From the NCBI RefSeq assembly GCF_009834535.1, contig NC_045697.1:72232001-72296000 (forward strand): a stretch of DNA of 64,000 bases, read 5' to 3'. Under the pieces are notes generated by a model. The model was not told where the DNA came from and ran no database searches. It saw nothing but the letters and a program-made list of their open reading frames with translations. Source of the DNA: Camelus ferus (lineage: Eukaryota). This document shows, one piece after another, positions 52,121-64,000 of the stretch. A program made the translations under genes and the position numbers. How positions within the stretch are numbered: the stretch's first letter is position 1; the number at the start of each line of letters is the position of its first letter.

Positions 52121-52879
52121 TATCATTACTTCATGTAGTGTCTAGCACATAGGAAGAACTCAAAATGTTTTCATTATTATCATCTCAATAAGTGAATTCA
52201 CTTTTTATTTCTGTGAGAAGCATTCCTTTAGCAAGCATTTGTCAAGTGTTTATTGTGTGTCGGGCACTTTTCAGCACCGCTGAGAGATAGAGAGAGAAAC
52301 TCTATGGCATCTTTGAGTATTAACACACCAAATCTGTTTAGAGAATTTACTATGTGCCAGGCACGCAGTTTTTTCTATATACTGGAGGCTCAGCAGGGAA
52401 CAAGACAGACACCCTGGCTGACCTCTTAAAAGAGTGGACTGAAATCCACCGGTGAAATCGGATGCTGAACAAGTAATTTTAAGTGTGATGAATGTTTTAA
52501 AGGAAAAGAACAGGCACTTTGGAAATATAAAAACATCTCGTAGGCCACTAAGTCTCACTGAGATACAGATTTTCAGAAAATAATTTTCTCAACTTTTCTC
52601 CATTAGGCCAGACTTTTTCTTGGTATATCTACCCATTTTTTTTTCCCCCTGTTTCTTTTCTGTTAAGGTGGGGGAGGGGGATCGAGGAGGGGAGCCTTAT
52701 CTTTTCCTTTGCCAGCTTCTCTGTCTGTCCTCTGGTCATCTTTTTATTTCACTTTGAAACTAAAGCCAATAAATGATCCTTCACTCTTTTAAAAATCTCT
52801 CTCTCCACTGCCCTTTTCCCTCAGTTTAAGGACTCTCCGCAACTCAACAATAAAAAATAGAAAGTCCCTTGAGGTCTAT

Positions 52880-54380
52880 CAGATTTCTTTACCATCCACT
52901 CATTCCTCACCCCTGACCCTCAGCTCCCGATCATTCCACTCCACTGAAATTGTCTTGTTTTTGTTTTTCATAAACTACCCATGGACTTCTACTTACCAAG
53001 TAAAGCCAGAATCCCCACGCCATCCCCTCTCTGGTGCACAACAAATGACCTACTCACCACCCAGTATCTCTGAGGTTCTCCCCACCCCTGGCGGCTTGTT
53101 CACTACTCTTCCACATTCTGGTTTCTCCCCAGCTTTCCGACTCTTCCTTCTCCAGCTCCCCTCTCCATTCTTAGGTGGACGGTGCTCTCTTCAGCCTCTC
53201 CTGCTCTCTCCCTTCTCCCAAGGCTGCCCCGCTCACTGATGTTGATTACTCCCCGACTACTTCACCCTTACATTTCTATTTCCAATAACCAGCTCCACAT
53301 TTCCACCTGGCTTGTCTTGCCAACATCTCAATCTAAACTTTCAAAACAGAATTCCTTATTTATCTATCCCAAACCCTTGTGATCATGCTTCCTATCTTCA
53401 TTAAAGGTCCCCAGCAGGAATCATCTTCAGTTTCTCACTCACTCTCTCTCTCACATCCCGCATTCAGTTGCTCTAAATCAAATGTTTCTTCCACCACTTC
53501 ATTTCCAGCCCCACTACCTATGACCTATGTGACCTTGAGCAATTAATCCTTCTAACCCTCCAATGTCTTCATCTCTAAAATAAAGATATTACTTACATTC
53601 CAGGGTCCTTGTAAAAATTAAGTAAATAAATTCTACAAAGCACCTATAAATCACTAATATGTTAATGTATTATAATAATCATACTACTTAATATAATCAT
53701 CGTAATTAATCTATCAATGCCTGGCATACAATATTTACAATAACTTGGAATTTTCAGTTATTGTACCTGGTTTCCTGGCCTAAACTCTCACACCTCCTTA
53801 ATTCTTTGCTAGTAAAAGTACCACCCAGAACATGGGTCAGATTAAGTTCCTCCAAAATGTCCACTAGCTTCCACTGTCTATTAAAATGAAGCCCAACTCC
53901 ATCACATGATTCAAAGTCCTTTTAAGATTGATTTCCAAACTGCTGTTTCTATTTTGACTCTCCACACTAAGCCAGGAGTCCTTTGCTTCAGGCACTGGGC
54001 ACTGCTTGCTGCTTCCTACACACACACATGCTTTCACATCTTCTCACCTTTACTAACGTTGTTTTCATGGCCTAAAATATCTACACATCAATCCTTTGCC
54101 TCAAATTCTACTCCACCTTTGAGGCTTGGTTTGAATGTCACCTTTTAATTGAAAGCCTTCCCAGATCATTTCAGTTAAAACTAATGGTTCTTCTACATAG
54201 TTGCCAACACGTTGGAACCACACTTTCCATAGTACTTTTTTCACTCTGCCCTGTAGAGCAGGTATTTCTTTCCATGTTCCCCCTGAGAGCAGACTATAAG
54301 CTCCATGAGGGTAACAGCTTCCCCTTAGCATCGGGAATGAGGCTTTGCTCCTGGTAATGGACACTCAGCAAATTTTTACT
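52880..54380 (+). mobile_element. L2 fragments interrupted by a MIR (about 53500-53645)
   Basis: Motifs ccactccactgaaattgtc, catttccacctgg...catctcaatctaaac and gactataagctccatgaggg. Confidence 0.55.
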
Positions 54381-55559
54381 GAATTTTAAAATATTAAAAA
54401 GCATGGTAAAAAAAAAAAAAGTAGGGGTAATTTTAAGTTTTAAACAACATTCTGTTATAAAGGCTTTGAAGTGAAGTTGGAAAATGCTGATCAATTGGCC
54501 TTAATCAGTCAAGCTTGACTGATTTCCCTCTATTCTTCCAGATTCTTGAATAACTTGGTAAGTTGAGCCAGTCAGTAAAATTACTAATGAGTCTCTGCCT
54601 TAAAATACCCGCCTATGATGAAGCACTATGATTTCTTCCCATTTTTCTATCATTTCTTCTTGAGGCTTGATATTCAGTCTCAAATCTGACAGATAACTTC
54701 TTTCTAGATCATGGCCTCAAATGCTTATTTGGATCAAGAAATACCATAAGATAAACCAAGAAAATGACTGTTTTTAAAAAGCATGAAGTGCAACAGAAAA
54801 CTAAACATTTCAATTAGTGTCTGGATGGATCAATTTATGGTCCTTTTCTTTAAATGCCTTATGCTTTGATATAAATAACAACAGTGATGATTATATAGCA
54901 CCTAATCCTGTCCATCTTGAAAGAAATTGGCAAACATCAATTACTGCTCACAAAGTCATTTTTAAAAATATAGATCCCTTGTGAGAAAGGCATCATATTT
55001 TCATTTCAAAGATGGGTAAGCAGTGGTACACAGAAACTAATTTTTTTAAGTTCAGAAATGTCATGTTAAAATTAGAGATTAAAGTTTGAAAGTATCTGAA
55101 GACCTATTTGTTCAGTGAAACTCACAGGTATGATAATGATGATTACCATTAATTAGTAGAAGTCTACTGTGTGCCAGAGTCTGTGTAATGCACCTCCCAC
55201 CCATTATCTCACTTAATACACATAAAAACTCTTAAGAATTGTTAACCCAATTTTATACATGGGAAAATGGAGATTAAGTAATTTGCCCGAGACTACAAAG
55301 ACAGTAAGTGGCCCAGCCAGAATTTGAAGTCATGAGCTCTTAACCACTAAGCCATGAAATGAAAATCCTCAGATATTAAAATCCATTTCCTAAACCCATC
55401 AAATATGAAAAACACAATACCAATACTGTGAGTATAAATATTAATTAAAGCTTATACCATCACTTTTTGTGAATAGAAAAAATTCTTCATGACACATGAC
55501 TGAGCATAACAGATAAGCAAAAAATTTAAACCTATGTTTTTCATAGATTCTTAGAATAG

Positions 55560-56050
55560 GAAAGTGCATATTGATAAATGCCTATGTCAAGAAACAAACA
55601 AAAAATCTCAAGTAAATAAATTTAAAAACTTAACTTTACACCTCAAGGAACTAGAAAAAGAAGTACAAATGAGGCCCAAATTTAGGAGAAGGAAAGAAAT
55701 AACAAAGATCTGAGTAGAAATAAATGAAATAGATACTAAAAAGACAATAGAAAAGATCAATGAAATTAAGAGGTGGTTCTTTGAAAAGATAAATAAAATT
55801 GATAAACTTTTAGCTAGACTCACCATGAAAAAGAGAGAGGACTCAAATAACTCAAATCAGAAATGAAAGAGATGTTACAACTGATACCAAAGAAATACAA
55901 CGGTCATAAGAGACTACTGTGAACAACCATACACCAACAAATTGGAGAAGTCTGAAGAAATATTAGCAAACCAAATTCAACAATACAATTAAAAAAAAAA
56001 ATCATCCATCATGAACAAGTGGGTTTTATTCCAGGGATGCAAGGATGGTT
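55560..56050 (+). mobile_element. L1 ORF2 fragment
   Basis: tggttctttgaaaagataaataaaattgataaac and ggttttattccagggatgcaaggatggtt (GFIPGMQGWF). Confidence 0.85.
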
Positions 56051-57662
56051 TGAGGAAATTGCAGAAGAAAAAGCTGAAGCTAGTAGAGGTTGGTGCATGA
56101 GATTTAAGGAAAGAAACCATCTCCACAACATAAAAGTGCAAGGTGAAGCAGTAATTGATGATGTAGAAACTGCAGCAAAGTTATCTAGAAGATCTAACTA
56201 ACATAATTAATGAAGGTGACTACACTAAACAACAGACTTTCGGTGTAGACGAAACAGCCTTCTATTGGAAGAAGACGCCATCTAGGACTTTCACAGCTAG
56301 AGAGGAGAAGTCAATGCCTGGCTTCAAAGCTTCAAAGGACAGGATGACTCTCTTGTTAGGGGCTAATACAACTGGTGACTTTAAGTTGAAGCCAATGCTC
56401 ATTTGCCATCCTGAAAATCCCAGAACCCTTAAAAATGGTGCTCAATTTACTCTGCCTATGTTTCATGAATGGAACAACAAAGCCTGGATGACAGCAAATT
56501 TGTTCGCAACATGGTTTGATGAATATTTTAAACCCACTGTTGAGACCTACTGCTCAGGAAAAAAAGTTACTTTCTGAGTATGAGTGCTCCTTGATGATGC
56601 ACCTAGTCACCCAAGAGCTCCGATGAAGATGTACAATGAGATGCATTCTGTTTTCATGCTGCTGACACAGCATTCATTCTGCAGCCAGGGATCAAGGAGT
56701 AATTTCAACTTTCAAATCTTATTATTCAAGAAATACATGTTGTAAGGCCATATATAGCTGCCATAGATAGCAATTCCTCTGATGGATGTGGGTAAAGTCA
56801 ACTGAAAACCTCCCAGAAAGGATTCACTATTCTAGATGCCATTAAGAATATTCATGATTAATGGGGAAAGGTCAAAATATTAATATTCACAGAAGTTTGA
56901 AAGAAGTTGATTCCAGCCTTTGTGGATGATTTTGAGGGGTTCAAGACTTCAGTGGAGGAAGAAACTGCAGATGTGGTGGAAACAGCAAGAAAACTATAAG
57001 TGGAGCCTGAAGATGTAACTGAATTGCTTCCATCTCATGATAAAACTTGAGCAGATAAGGAATTGCTTCTTACGGGTGAGCAAAGAAAGTGGTTTCTTGA
57101 GATGTAATCTACTCCTATTGAAGATGCTTTGAAGACTGTTGAAATGACAACAAAGTATTTAGAACATTACAAACTTGGTTGATAAAGTAGTGGATTGACC
57201 CCAATTTTGAAAGAAGTTCTACCATAGATAAAATACTATCCAAAAGCATTGCATGCGACAGAGAAATGGTTCCTGAAAGGAAGAGTCAATCGATGCAGCA
57301 AACTTCATTGTTGTCTCACGTTAAGAAATTACCACAGTCACTTCAACCTTTAGCAACCACCACCCTGATCAGTCAGCAGATATCAACACTGAGGTAAGAC
57401 CCTCCACTAGCAAAGAAATTATGACTCACTGAACCTCATATGATGGTTATTATTCTTTAGCAGTAAAGTATTTTTTAATTAAGGTATGTACATTGTTTTT
57501 TAAGACATAATGCTATTGCACATTTAACAGACTACAGCAGAGTATAAACATAACTTTTATATGCACTGGGAAAACAAAAAATTCATGTGACTCACTTTAT
57601 TGCAATATTCACTTTATTGTGGTATCTGAGACTGAACCCGCAGTATCTCCAAGGTACGCCTG
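56051..57662 (+). mobile_element. Tigger1 DNA transposon, 5'-truncated, intact 3' TIR
   Basis: Translates [30 protein letters not shown]...[28 protein letters not shown]. Ends gaacccgcagtatctccaaggtacgcctg followed by TA. Confidence 0.93.
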
Positions 57663-57669
57663 TACTTAC

Positions 57670-57837
57670 TTTCAAGACGACCTTCCGGATGTTTTTCACA
57701 TACAGTGTCACATAATCATTGATGTAGGTAGGCATGTCGCTGGGCTGTATAGCATACCAGTTCATCATCAGTGCTGCTTCATTTTCATTATTTCCACTCC
57801 ATATGATGATGGAGGGATGGGATTTCAGTCTCATGAT
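57670..57837 (-). CDS. MANBA: Beta-mannosidase exon 11 (168 bp; contains GH2 acid/base Glu in WSGNNE)
   Basis: ttttAG acceptor and GTAAGT donor. Translates [56 protein letters not shown]. Confidence 0.97.
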
Positions 57838-60084
57838 CTAAAATTTAAGACAAAAAATAATTTTCAAATGCCCAACATAACAAAAAAACTCAGAGCTGTA
57901 GTTATGCATAAAATTATACCAATTGCATTTCTGTACACAAATTTTTATGTGCCAGAAAATTCATTAGAAAATGGGTAGTCATGTTACACATGGGAACATG
58001 TTTTAAGAAACCTGAGATTTTTTACATCTCAATTTTATAAACACTGATAAAATAGGGTTCTTCTTTGCGGCATAAAAACTGGAGAAAATATAATCCCCTT
58101 TACTAAAAGAGCAAAATAAATCAACCTCATCATTATCTGACTCACCAGAAAAAGGTTCTAAGAAATACAAAAGGCAGGTGACTTCACATTACAGAGGTAA
58201 GTTTCTCAAGAGCAAGGTAGAATTCTTTGTGAAGACACAAATTGAGGTTTCCACACAGTCTCCACCAAGATCAGAAAATCATCAGGACAGTTAGAGAGGG
58301 TTTTATGAAGCAAGAAAAATACATGAAATATTCTAAAGGAAGAAAAGATTAGGGCAATCAAGAGGCTGTCCCTTGAAATAACTATTAACGTCATGTCTTA
58401 AGAAATCAACTACGGTTAAGTCAGTCACAGAATATATCTAAGGACAGAAGAAGAAATCAGGGAATCTGAAAAATCCTGCTGGCTCAAGAGTTGATGTCTA
58501 TGTGAACTGGGTTCACTGCCGGCCAGCCCAACGTAAAGATGAAAGGACCTAGGTCTTCTGACACACAGGAAGATGTATTCCAGCAGAAAGGGCAATCAAA
58601 GCCCTTTGAGAACACCAGAGTGAGTCAATGGTCAAGAGAAATTCTTTTGGAACATGTTTCAGCATTATAACCTCATTGGTATATACAGCTTCTCTCACTC
58701 ATACTGTAATAATTAGATGATTACACTGATGGATCTAGCTGACATTCTCATGGTGGTCTCCATTCAAGATGCTACGTCGCTCATACATGAAATAGAATGC
58801 ATTATGGATATATCAAAGAGCTGTATCTCATCAAAAAAAATAAAGTGGTGTGTTTTTCTAAACCAGCCTTATGAACAGTATAAGGAACAGAATATTTCCT
58901 TACTGGCCTCTGTATATGCCCAGGTAAGTGAGAGGCATGTTTATGGTACTGATAAAAAACACAAATACAAATACTGAAGACACAAAAAGCTTCAGTGACT
59001 CAGTGCTACCCACACCCTTCAAAATGTCCTAGAATTTTATGGTAAGCTTTGCTTTAAAGTTTTAACAAACTCTGCATTAAAAAGTTCTCCTCTTTAATAA
59101 TACATAAAAGAATTGAAGGCAACTAGATATCCTATTTTAATTATTTGTGTGAAAGAAAATTAAAAATAAAACTGAAATGTTTGCAACCTACATAACTATA
59201 ATTAATATTTTAAAAGTTATTCATTCACCCATCCACCCATCCTTCTGATGAATAATACAGCCAGGTCATCAGGATATAGCGCAGAACCTGCCCGAAGCCT
59301 CAGGGAGATTACTATCTTGCTGGAATGACAAAACATTGAACAAGTAATTCCAAGTGTGATGTGTGTAGCAAAGGGAAGATGCCCTAATCTAGACTTGCAG
59401 GCATAGAAAGGTTTTTCCCAGGGAGTCATGCTCAAGGTAAGAGGGACCAGAAAAAAATGGGTGAGGTGGTCCACAGGGGCAGGTGATGGGGAAAGCGGTC
59501 CAGGACAGGGAGAGTACAGGGGAGGTGGTGTTTGGTGAGGACGGAGAGGCAGACAGAGACCAGATTGTGCACAGGGAAGATCTTTCACTTTACCTGGAGG
59601 GCTTTAAGCTAGGGATGATTCAATACTCACTTTTTAAATTAAAAAAAAAAACATAGATACAGAAAATAAATTGTGACATAGTGAATTATTATAAGGCAAT
59701 CACTCTCGTTAACAACATCCTGACCAAGAAAGAGAACTTTACCAATCACCCTAGAAGCCCTCACGTGCCCCTTCCTAATCGTTGTCCCTCCTTCCTTCCA
59801 AGAGCAATCACAATCTAGAGCGTTATAGTAATTACTTTTTAAAATTTCTTTTGACATTCTAATTATGAACTCATGGATTTACTTGAAGGACTGCAATCCA
59901 CTGATATTCTTATCCTTACTGAATCTCAAATTGTCCCACTTTTGGTTGGTCAGAATTTCATCAAAGTTCTTTTAATGTATCTTTGACAGCTGCTTTGTTA
60001 CTCATGCACAAAATATTCCAGGGTCATCTAGTATATTTCCTGTCCCAGACCTGGAATCAGCCATTTCTCTAAGAATTTCTTCTC

Positions 60085-60214
60085 TTTAAAAAAAAAAAAA
60101 ATTTCGGGGGGGAAGAGGGTAATTAGGTGTTTGTTTGAATAGAAGTATTGGGGATTGAACCCAGGACCTCATGCGTGCTAAACACACACTCTACCACTGA
60201 GCTATACCCTCCCC
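60085..60214 (-). mobile_element. vic-1-like tRNA-derived SINE inside an old L1M fragment
   Basis: On -: GGGGAGGGTATAGCTCAGTGGTAGAG...CCTGGGTTCAATCCCC...ACCTAATTACC. Confidence 0.85.
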
Positions 60215-60839
60215 TCTGAGAAGCCCTTTTCTTAATGGAAAAGATTATTTCAGTATGAGGATGCTCAATATTACTAGGTTGTTCACTGCCTCTGGGCCTC
60301 TTCAGTGGACAGAGCTAGAATATAATCACTTCCTTGCATTGACAGATCTATAAATATAAAACTGTGCATATGTAGAATGCAAAAGAAATCAAGGAGTCAA
60401 GAATCACTTCATCTTTGACTTGAGAAATTCAGACACTGGTATTGTGACGTACTGAGGTGGGGAAAACCGCAAGAAAAGCACGTTTGGGGGAGGTAGTAGA
60501 AGTTTGGTTTGGACATGTTACATGTGAGATGCCTACTAACCCTCCAAGTGGAGCACCAAGTGCGCAGCTGGATAGTAAGAACCAGAAGCTCAGCAGAGAA
60601 GTCTGGGCCGGAATAAATCTGAGAGGCGCCAGCCAATAGGTAACGTCATGAGACTGGGTGGAATCCCCTAGGGAGTCAGTTACCTGACTGGCTTTTTCAT
60701 GGGATTTAGTAAAAAGAGCAACAACAACAACAACAAAAAAGAAAAAAAAATGAAAAAAAAAAAAAAAAAAACAAGGAGAGGTTTAACAAAGGCAAAACTA
60801 AAACATGAGCCTTTCCTTCTTGGAGTGATTATAATGTAC

Positions 60840-60926
60840 CTGGTAAGCAACTTCTGCTCTCACTGAATCCACGAAGCCCCGATCAGTTGGATAAAGGGCA
60901 CAGGCAAACATAAAATCCTGCCAGAT
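60840..60926 (-). CDS. MANBA: Beta-mannosidase exon 10 (87 bp)
   Basis: tttgatAG acceptor and GTACAT donor. Translates [29 protein letters not shown]. Confidence 0.96.
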
Positions 60927-60997
60927 CTATCAAATCAAATAAAAGGCAATCAAGCACTGTCATAGATTTTACTGCACAGAAAGAAATTCTTCATTCT

Positions 60998-63045
60998 GAA
61001 GATGTGATATATATATACAATGGAATACTTCTTTATCCATTCATCTGTTGATGGACATTTAGGTTGCTTCCATGTCTTGACAATTAAAATAATGATGCTA
61101 TGAACACTGGGGTGCATGCATCTTTTCAAATTAGAGTTTTTGTCTTTTCCAAATACATGCCCAGGAATGGAACTGCGAGATCATAGGGTAACTCTATTTT
61201 TAGTTTTTAAAGGAACATCCATACTGTTCTCTATAGTGGCTGCACCAATTTACATTCCCACCAACAGTGTAGAAGGGTTCCTTTTTCTCCACAACCTCTC
61301 CAGCATTTCTTATCTGTAGACTTCTTAATAATGGCCATTCTGACTGGTCTGAGGTGATACCTCATCATAGTTTCAATTTGCATTTCCCTAGTAATTAGTA
61401 ATGTTGAGCATATTTCCATGTGCTTGTTGGCCATCTGTATGTCTTCTTTGGAGAGATGTCTATTTAGGTCTTCTGCCCATTTTTTGATCAGGTTGTTTTC
61501 TTGATTTTAAACTGTATGAGCTGTTTGCATATTTTGGAAATTAAACTCTTATCAGTCACATTGGTTGCAGTTTTTTCCAGTTCTGGAGGTTCTTTTCATT
61601 TTGTTTATGGTTTCCTTTGCTGTGCAAAAGCTTTTAAGTTTAATTAGGTCCCATTTGTTTAGTGTTGCTTTTATTTTCATTACTGTAAAAGCTGGTTCAA
61701 AATATTGCTGTAATTTATGTCATAGAGTGTTCTGCCTATGTTTTCCTCTTAGAGTATCCTCTTTCCTTTTAGAGTATCCAATCTTACTTTAGGACTTTTA
61801 TCCACTTTGAGTTTATTTTTGTATATGCTGTTAGAGAATGTTTTAATTTCATTCTTTTACATATCCCAGGATCACTTATTGAGGAGACTGTCTTTTCTCC
61901 ATTGTATATTCTTGCCTCTTTTATCATAGATTAATTTACCATAAGTTTGTGGGTTTATTTCTGGGCTTTCTATCTTGTTCCATTGACCCATGTGTCTGTT
62001 TTTGTGCCAGTATCATAATAGTTTGGTGATTGTAGCTTTGTAGTATAGTCTGAAGTCAGGTAGCCTGATTCCTCCAGCTCCATCCTTCTTTCTCAAGCTT
62101 GTTTTGGCTATTTGAGGCCTTTCCTGTCTCCATACAAATTTTAAAATTTTTTGTTCCAGTTCTGTGAAAAATGTCATTGGTGATTTGTAGGGACTTCACT
62201 GAATCTGTATATTGCCTTGGGTAGTATGGTCATTTTAACAATATTGATTCTTCCAATCCAAGAATACAGTATATCTTTCCATCTGTTTGTGTCATCTTCA
62301 ATTTCTTTCCGTCTATATGTATATATACATATTGCTTTCCTGTAAAGCTTTTAATTTCTCTATCAAACCTGAACTAGACCCTTGATTGGTAGAGTATTCT
62401 TGGTTGTAGGTTTTTCTGTTTCATCACTTTAAATATATTGTGCTACTCCCTTCTGGCCTGCAGAGTTTCTACTGAAAAATCAGCTAATAGTCTCATGGGA
62501 GTTCCCTTGTATGTTATTTGTCGCTTTCCCTTTGTTCCTTTGTTGCTTTTAGTATCCTCTCTTTAATTTTTGCCATTTTAATTACAACAATGTATTCCTC
62601 TTAGGGTTAATCTTATACAGGACTCTGTGCTTCCTGGACTTGGATGACTGTTTCCTTTCCCAGGTTAAGGAAAGGAAACAGTCATCTCTTTCAGCTATTG
62701 TCTCTTCAGATATTTTCTCAGGCCCCTTCTTCCTCTCTTCTCCTTCTGGGACCCCTATAACGCCAATGTTAGTGCACTTGATGTTGTCCCAGAGGTCTCT
62801 TAGACTGTCCTCTTTTCATTCTTTTTTCTTTTTTCTATTCTGCAGTAGTGATTCCTACTACTCTGTCTTCCAGCTCACTGATCCATTATTCTGCATCATT
62901 TAGTCTACTATTGATTCCTTCTGTTGTATTTTTCATTTCAGTCATTGTATTCTTCTGCTTGGTTGTTTTTTATATTTTCTAACCCTGTTGAAAATGTCTA
63001 ACTTCTCTCTCTGGGCATCTGTTCTCCTCCTGAGTTCTTTAATCT
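60998..63045 (-). mobile_element. L1 (ORF1 part joined to late ORF2; 3' end lost) filling most of MANBA intron 9
   Basis: ORF1-like sequence at about 62345-63045 and ORF2-like at about 61030-62310 ([16 protein letters not shown]...[24 protein letters not shown]). Confidence 0.9.
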
Positions 63046-63432
63046 TTTTAATTTAATTTTTATCATTTTCTTCTCTCTAGGTTAGATCTCCTTAAGCTTA
63101 AAATTTTTTAATATTTTATTTTCTTTTTAATGCATACCCTCCTATCACAAAGAGGATGACAAAGAAAATGTAGATAGATATATACTTAAACACAACTAAT
63201 ATGGAGAATGTCTATCATTTTGAAATAATTGAATAATTATGACATTTGATATCAACTATGGTTCTGGGTTTTCAAGATGCCATTTATTCCTCTGCAAAAA
63301 AAAAAAAAAAAAAAAATGACCACCATTCCTGGCTCTGAGAAAGGAATGAATGGGCAATATCGCCCACTCAGAACACAGGAGGTCAAACTGAGGATATAGT
63401 AACCTATCAATAAATAAAATGGTGAGCTGTCA

Positions 63433-63585
<153 letters not shown>

Positions 63586-64000
63586 CTAATTTGAAATTTT
63601 AGAGATGTTTAAAAAAAGATTTTTAAAAGCACATTGTGGTTGATAAACACAATTCAAATCTCTGTTGGAAGAACTTATTTTAAATGTATGATAGTTTGGA
63701 TGTAATGCTAAGTGAAGAAAGTAAGACAAAATTATATACAAATTAACTATAATAACATAAAATAAGACTATAAAAATTATGGATGATATCTTTTCTTTGC
63801 CTTCCAAATTTTCAGTAACATTATTATACTATTTTTAAAAGTAAATTTTTGTCTTAAATTTATTCCTATAGGAAAAAAATATAAACCTTGGAAAGTATGC
63901 ATTTATTTTATATAATCATTTCAAACTATAAGACAGAAATCAAAGTTTGAATATTAGTACCTAGCTTACTCTTATCTCTTTTTTTTACAACACCTCCAGT

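Overview
Mammalian genomic DNA, very probably a camelid, since it carries three tRNA-Ala-derived vic-1-type SINEs and I saw no ruminant, pig or primate SINEs. Two genes lie tail to tail. On + is the last coding exon and 3' UTR of NFKB1 (p105 PEST tail with the DSGVETS degron, miR-9 seed site, AATAAA at 2592). On - are nine consecutive exons of MANBA (lysosomal beta-mannosidase, GH2), matching human exons 9-17 as I recall them (118, 87, 168, 219, 165, 145, 143, 258 and 225 bp). All have GT-AG junctions, the frame is continuous, and both catalytic glutamates are intact. The rest is intron and intergenic DNA rich in L1, L2, MIR, Tigger1, MER20, MaLR/ERVL LTRs and two ERV1-type solo LTRs. I found no convincing new gene or novel multi-gene system. 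The most unusual signals are: a nested composite at 14.7-17.3 kb (TSD-bounded, doubly deleted L1 holding a strongly AT-to-GC shifted tract, an older L1 tail retrocopy and a young solo LTR); a Tigger1 inserted at +8 of a MANBA splice donor; a micro-inversion where an L1 is truncated beside exon 10; and a one-residue shortening next to the p105 phosphodegron. Repeat family names and exon numbers come from recall of consensus sequences, not from searches.
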